Both the position numbers and the translations under genes were made by a program. This document shows positions 61,912 to 64,000 of a stretch of DNA of 64,000 nt, one piece after another. Under the pieces are notes generated by a model. The model saw nothing but the letters and a program-made list of their open reading frames with translations. It ran no database searches and was not told where the DNA came from. Position 1 is the first letter of the stretch; the number at the start of each line of letters is the position of its first letter. This stretch comes from Neoconidiobolus thromboides FSU 785 (Eukaryota > Fungi > Entomophthoromycota), in the NCBI GenBank assembly GCA_025603075.1, contig MU626361.1, positions 11,577 through 75,576 of the forward strand, written 5' to 3'.

Positions 61912-63651
61912 TCATTTATTAGAATTAGTAATAGCTTCAATACACCCAATAAGACTTAAATTGAATAAACTATGATTACTATAAACCAAAGTAGAAGTTA
62001 AACTGTGATAAATATTAAATCCTTTACAAATATACTGCTTAGACACTCCGCATGAAATTTTTTTATGATATCTTATTAGAAAAGTTAAACACTGCGCTAA
62101 ATTAGTGAACCCATAAAACACTAGATATTGTTTTGGTAATAAAGATAATAACTCAATACACAATTGACATTGTTTAATAGCTTCTTGAGTCGTCTTATTA
62201 CTTGGTCTATCACGAGTGTAAAGTAACTCATAATTCATTCCTTTTAAAGGTTGTTGAAAAAAGTATAATGATAAAATATAATATTGATGAAAATGATAAA
62301 GTACTTGCACAATTACCTTTAAATACATTAAATGTTGATAGATGGATACACTACTACTATTTTGTTGTAGTGATGTTAACTTAAAATAATAATTTAAACT
62401 TGTTTTTCGTAGCTGAATTTTAATTGTTGTACAATGTTGATTCAATTTATCACTACTAATATTTGTTGCTGCAAAATAACCTTTAACTAAGCGAAGCGAA
62501 AATATAACACCAGATAATTCTGATAAATACTCGTTGAATAACATGATTATAGTGTCATGGATAGATGTATACTCTCCTCTAATTTTTGATGGGATTCGGA
62601 TTTTATAAGGTGTCATAACAGGTACATCAGACCATAATGAGTTAAGCATAGCAACAAGATTTAATGTGTTGTACGTTAATATTCTTTCTCTAATTATCTT
62701 TTTTGGCAGATGCAAACTCTTATTATGTAACCCAATAATGGACGCCATACATTGCGCAACAACAAACAAATGGTTTCTATATAAGCTAGTCAAACTAAAA
62801 TGAGGTAGATGAATAACAATAACAAGGATGGCCTGAACGGTATCCAAATTATGCTTTACATTGTTTATGCAAGATAACATTGTTTCTAGTTTCATGTTAA
62901 TATTATATAGCGCTTCTTTAACTTTTTGATCTTGAGATAGCCATGATAAACCAGCAGCTATTATTGACCATTTTAATAAAGGGGATCTTTGATCGATACT
63001 AAACCTATTTTTATCAATAAAGTTAAATACTAAACAACAATTATCAAAGAAGGATTGAATACTTAAACTCATTAGTTTCGAATCGATATCCCACTCTACT
63101 TCCTTATAAGAAATAGCTTGATTCTTTTTGAATATGAATATCCTGAACTTTTCCACTAAACTCAATAATAGTGACAAATCCAATCTTATCTTAAGTGGTG
63201 AATGGTATTGTATCAAAGCCATCAAGTTTTGTAACGCTATTTTTCTTGAAAATACCTTTATAAAACGGATAACTTCGTTTTCGTTTTTTATCTCTTTGAA
63301 CATTACTCCATTATTTATTATTATTCCGTTATTCACTACTCCATTGTTACTGGTCATTGCTTTATTATTCGGTATAGCTAAACTATTGGATGATCCTCTG
63401 CTATTAACTACTACATTATTATTCACTTTCCTCCATCTGATTTTTTTTTTCGAGTCTTTGTTACTTTTAACTACTTGGCTGTTTTTCAACTGCTGATAAT
63501 TGACAAACTGATCTTTCGCTTTAGTTCTTCCAACTACTCGGTCGTTACACCACTCATGTTCCACGGTTAGGTTACCACCAGTATTAACCAGTAATTGTTT
63601 ACAAAATTGGCAAACTTTCTCTTTCTCTTTTTTATATTCTATAATCTTCAT
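61912..63651 (-). CDS. Zn-cluster-family transcription-factor-like protein with a degenerate cluster
   Basis: N-terminal CQFC...HEWC in Zn2Cys6 register; middle region FFDNCCLVFNFID, DTVQAIL, ASIIGLH resembles the fungal TF middle homology region; 579 aa, intronless. Confidence 0.6.
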   Translation of the reverse strand: MKIIEYKKEKEKVCQFCKQLLVNTGGNLTVEHEWCNDRVVGRTKAKDQFVNYQQLKNSQVVKSNKDSKKKIRWRKVNNNVVVNSRGSSNSLAIPNNKAMTSNNGVVNNGIIINNGVMFKEIKNENEVIRFIKVFSRKIALQNLMALIQYHSPLKIRLDLSLLLSLVEKFRIFIFKKNQAISYKEVEWDIDSKLMSLSIQSFFDNCCLVFNFIDKNRFSIDQRSPLLKWSIIAAGLSWLSQDQKVKEALYNINMKLETMLSCINNVKHNLDTVQAILVIVIHLPHFSLTSLYRNHLFVVAQCMASIIGLHNKSLHLPKKIIRERILTYNTLNLVAMLNSLWSDVPVMTPYKIRIPSKIRGEYTSIHDTIIMLFNEYLSELSGVIFSLRLVKGYFAATNISSDKLNQHCTTIKIQLRKTSLNYYFKLTSLQQNSSSVSIYQHLMYLKVIVQVLYHFHQYYILSLYFFQQPLKGMNYELLYTRDRPSNKTTQEAIKQCQLCIELLSLLPKQYLVFYGFTNLAQCLTFLIRYHKKISCGVSKQYICKGFNIYHSLTSTLVYSNHSLFNLSLIGCIEAITNSNK

Positions 63652-63944
63652 TCGATTTTAGGTTTTATTAAGTTAACTTGGTCAATATAAACCAGGTTGT
63701 TTTTTGTTTTAACATTTTGTTTTCATACTGAGAATATAAATTATTCTTAGTGTATTAAAGCTGGTGGATAAAGTTTGATTAAGTCTAATTTGTAAGTTAA
63801 ACTGGATTTTGTTCCATTTCATATATTATTTGTTACTCTATTTTTTGCAATTGTTTTTAGTCATTTGGCCCCAATTAGAAGAGTGTTTTTTCAAATTTCA
63901 TGCGAGTTTTAAACTCACGCTTAAAAGTGAGCAAAATATAATAT

Positions 63945-64000
63945 GGGGCTGTCTTAATTGGTTTCAGAATCTACTTAGAAATTAATCCAAATTTAAAATT
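63945..64000 (+). mobile_element. Terminus of another family-A-related element, runs off the window
   Basis: ATAT then GGGGCTGTCTTAATTGGTTTCA, 19/22 identical to the reverse complement of the transposase element end at 17744-17765. Confidence 0.6.

Noticed and set aside
463-63496. Numerous short antisense or alternative-frame ORFs in the track (e.g. 5099..5335, 32963..33181, 48624..49079, 61018..61428)
   Set aside because: They are shadows of real genes on the opposite strand or frame, or translations of MITEs.

Overview
Very AT-rich, intron-rich eukaryotic DNA using the standard genetic code. It is almost certainly an early-diverging fungus: Zn2Cys6 factors, CAF16, NPR3, and short GT-AG introns with CTAAT-type branch points. 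Zoopagomycota/Entomophthoromycotina is my guess, not established. About 21 protein-coding genes are supported, mostly housekeeping: THOC7, two Zn-cluster-family TFs, CAF16, TFC4, MSH4, a family-16 methyltransferase, CENP-X/MHF2, TRM4, RNR1, a TBC Rab-GAP, MIX17, UTP3/SAS10, MPE1, BAP31-like, TFG1, FHIP/FAM160-like, NPR3, EXO1 and NAP1. The most notable signals are: (1) a secreted protein with three 8-cysteine Kunitz domains; (2) a DNA-transposon system made of about 13 copies of a ~98-bp GGGG...CCCC MITE with 4-bp TSDs plus a Sola-like DDD transposase element that shares the MITE terminus and was itself hit by one of the MITEs; (3) an inverted duplication with a perfect 234-bp core inside arms diverged mostly by transitions. 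No tRNA, rRNA or CRISPR array was recognised. Exon boundaries and alignments were read by eye and family calls come from recalled motifs, not searches.
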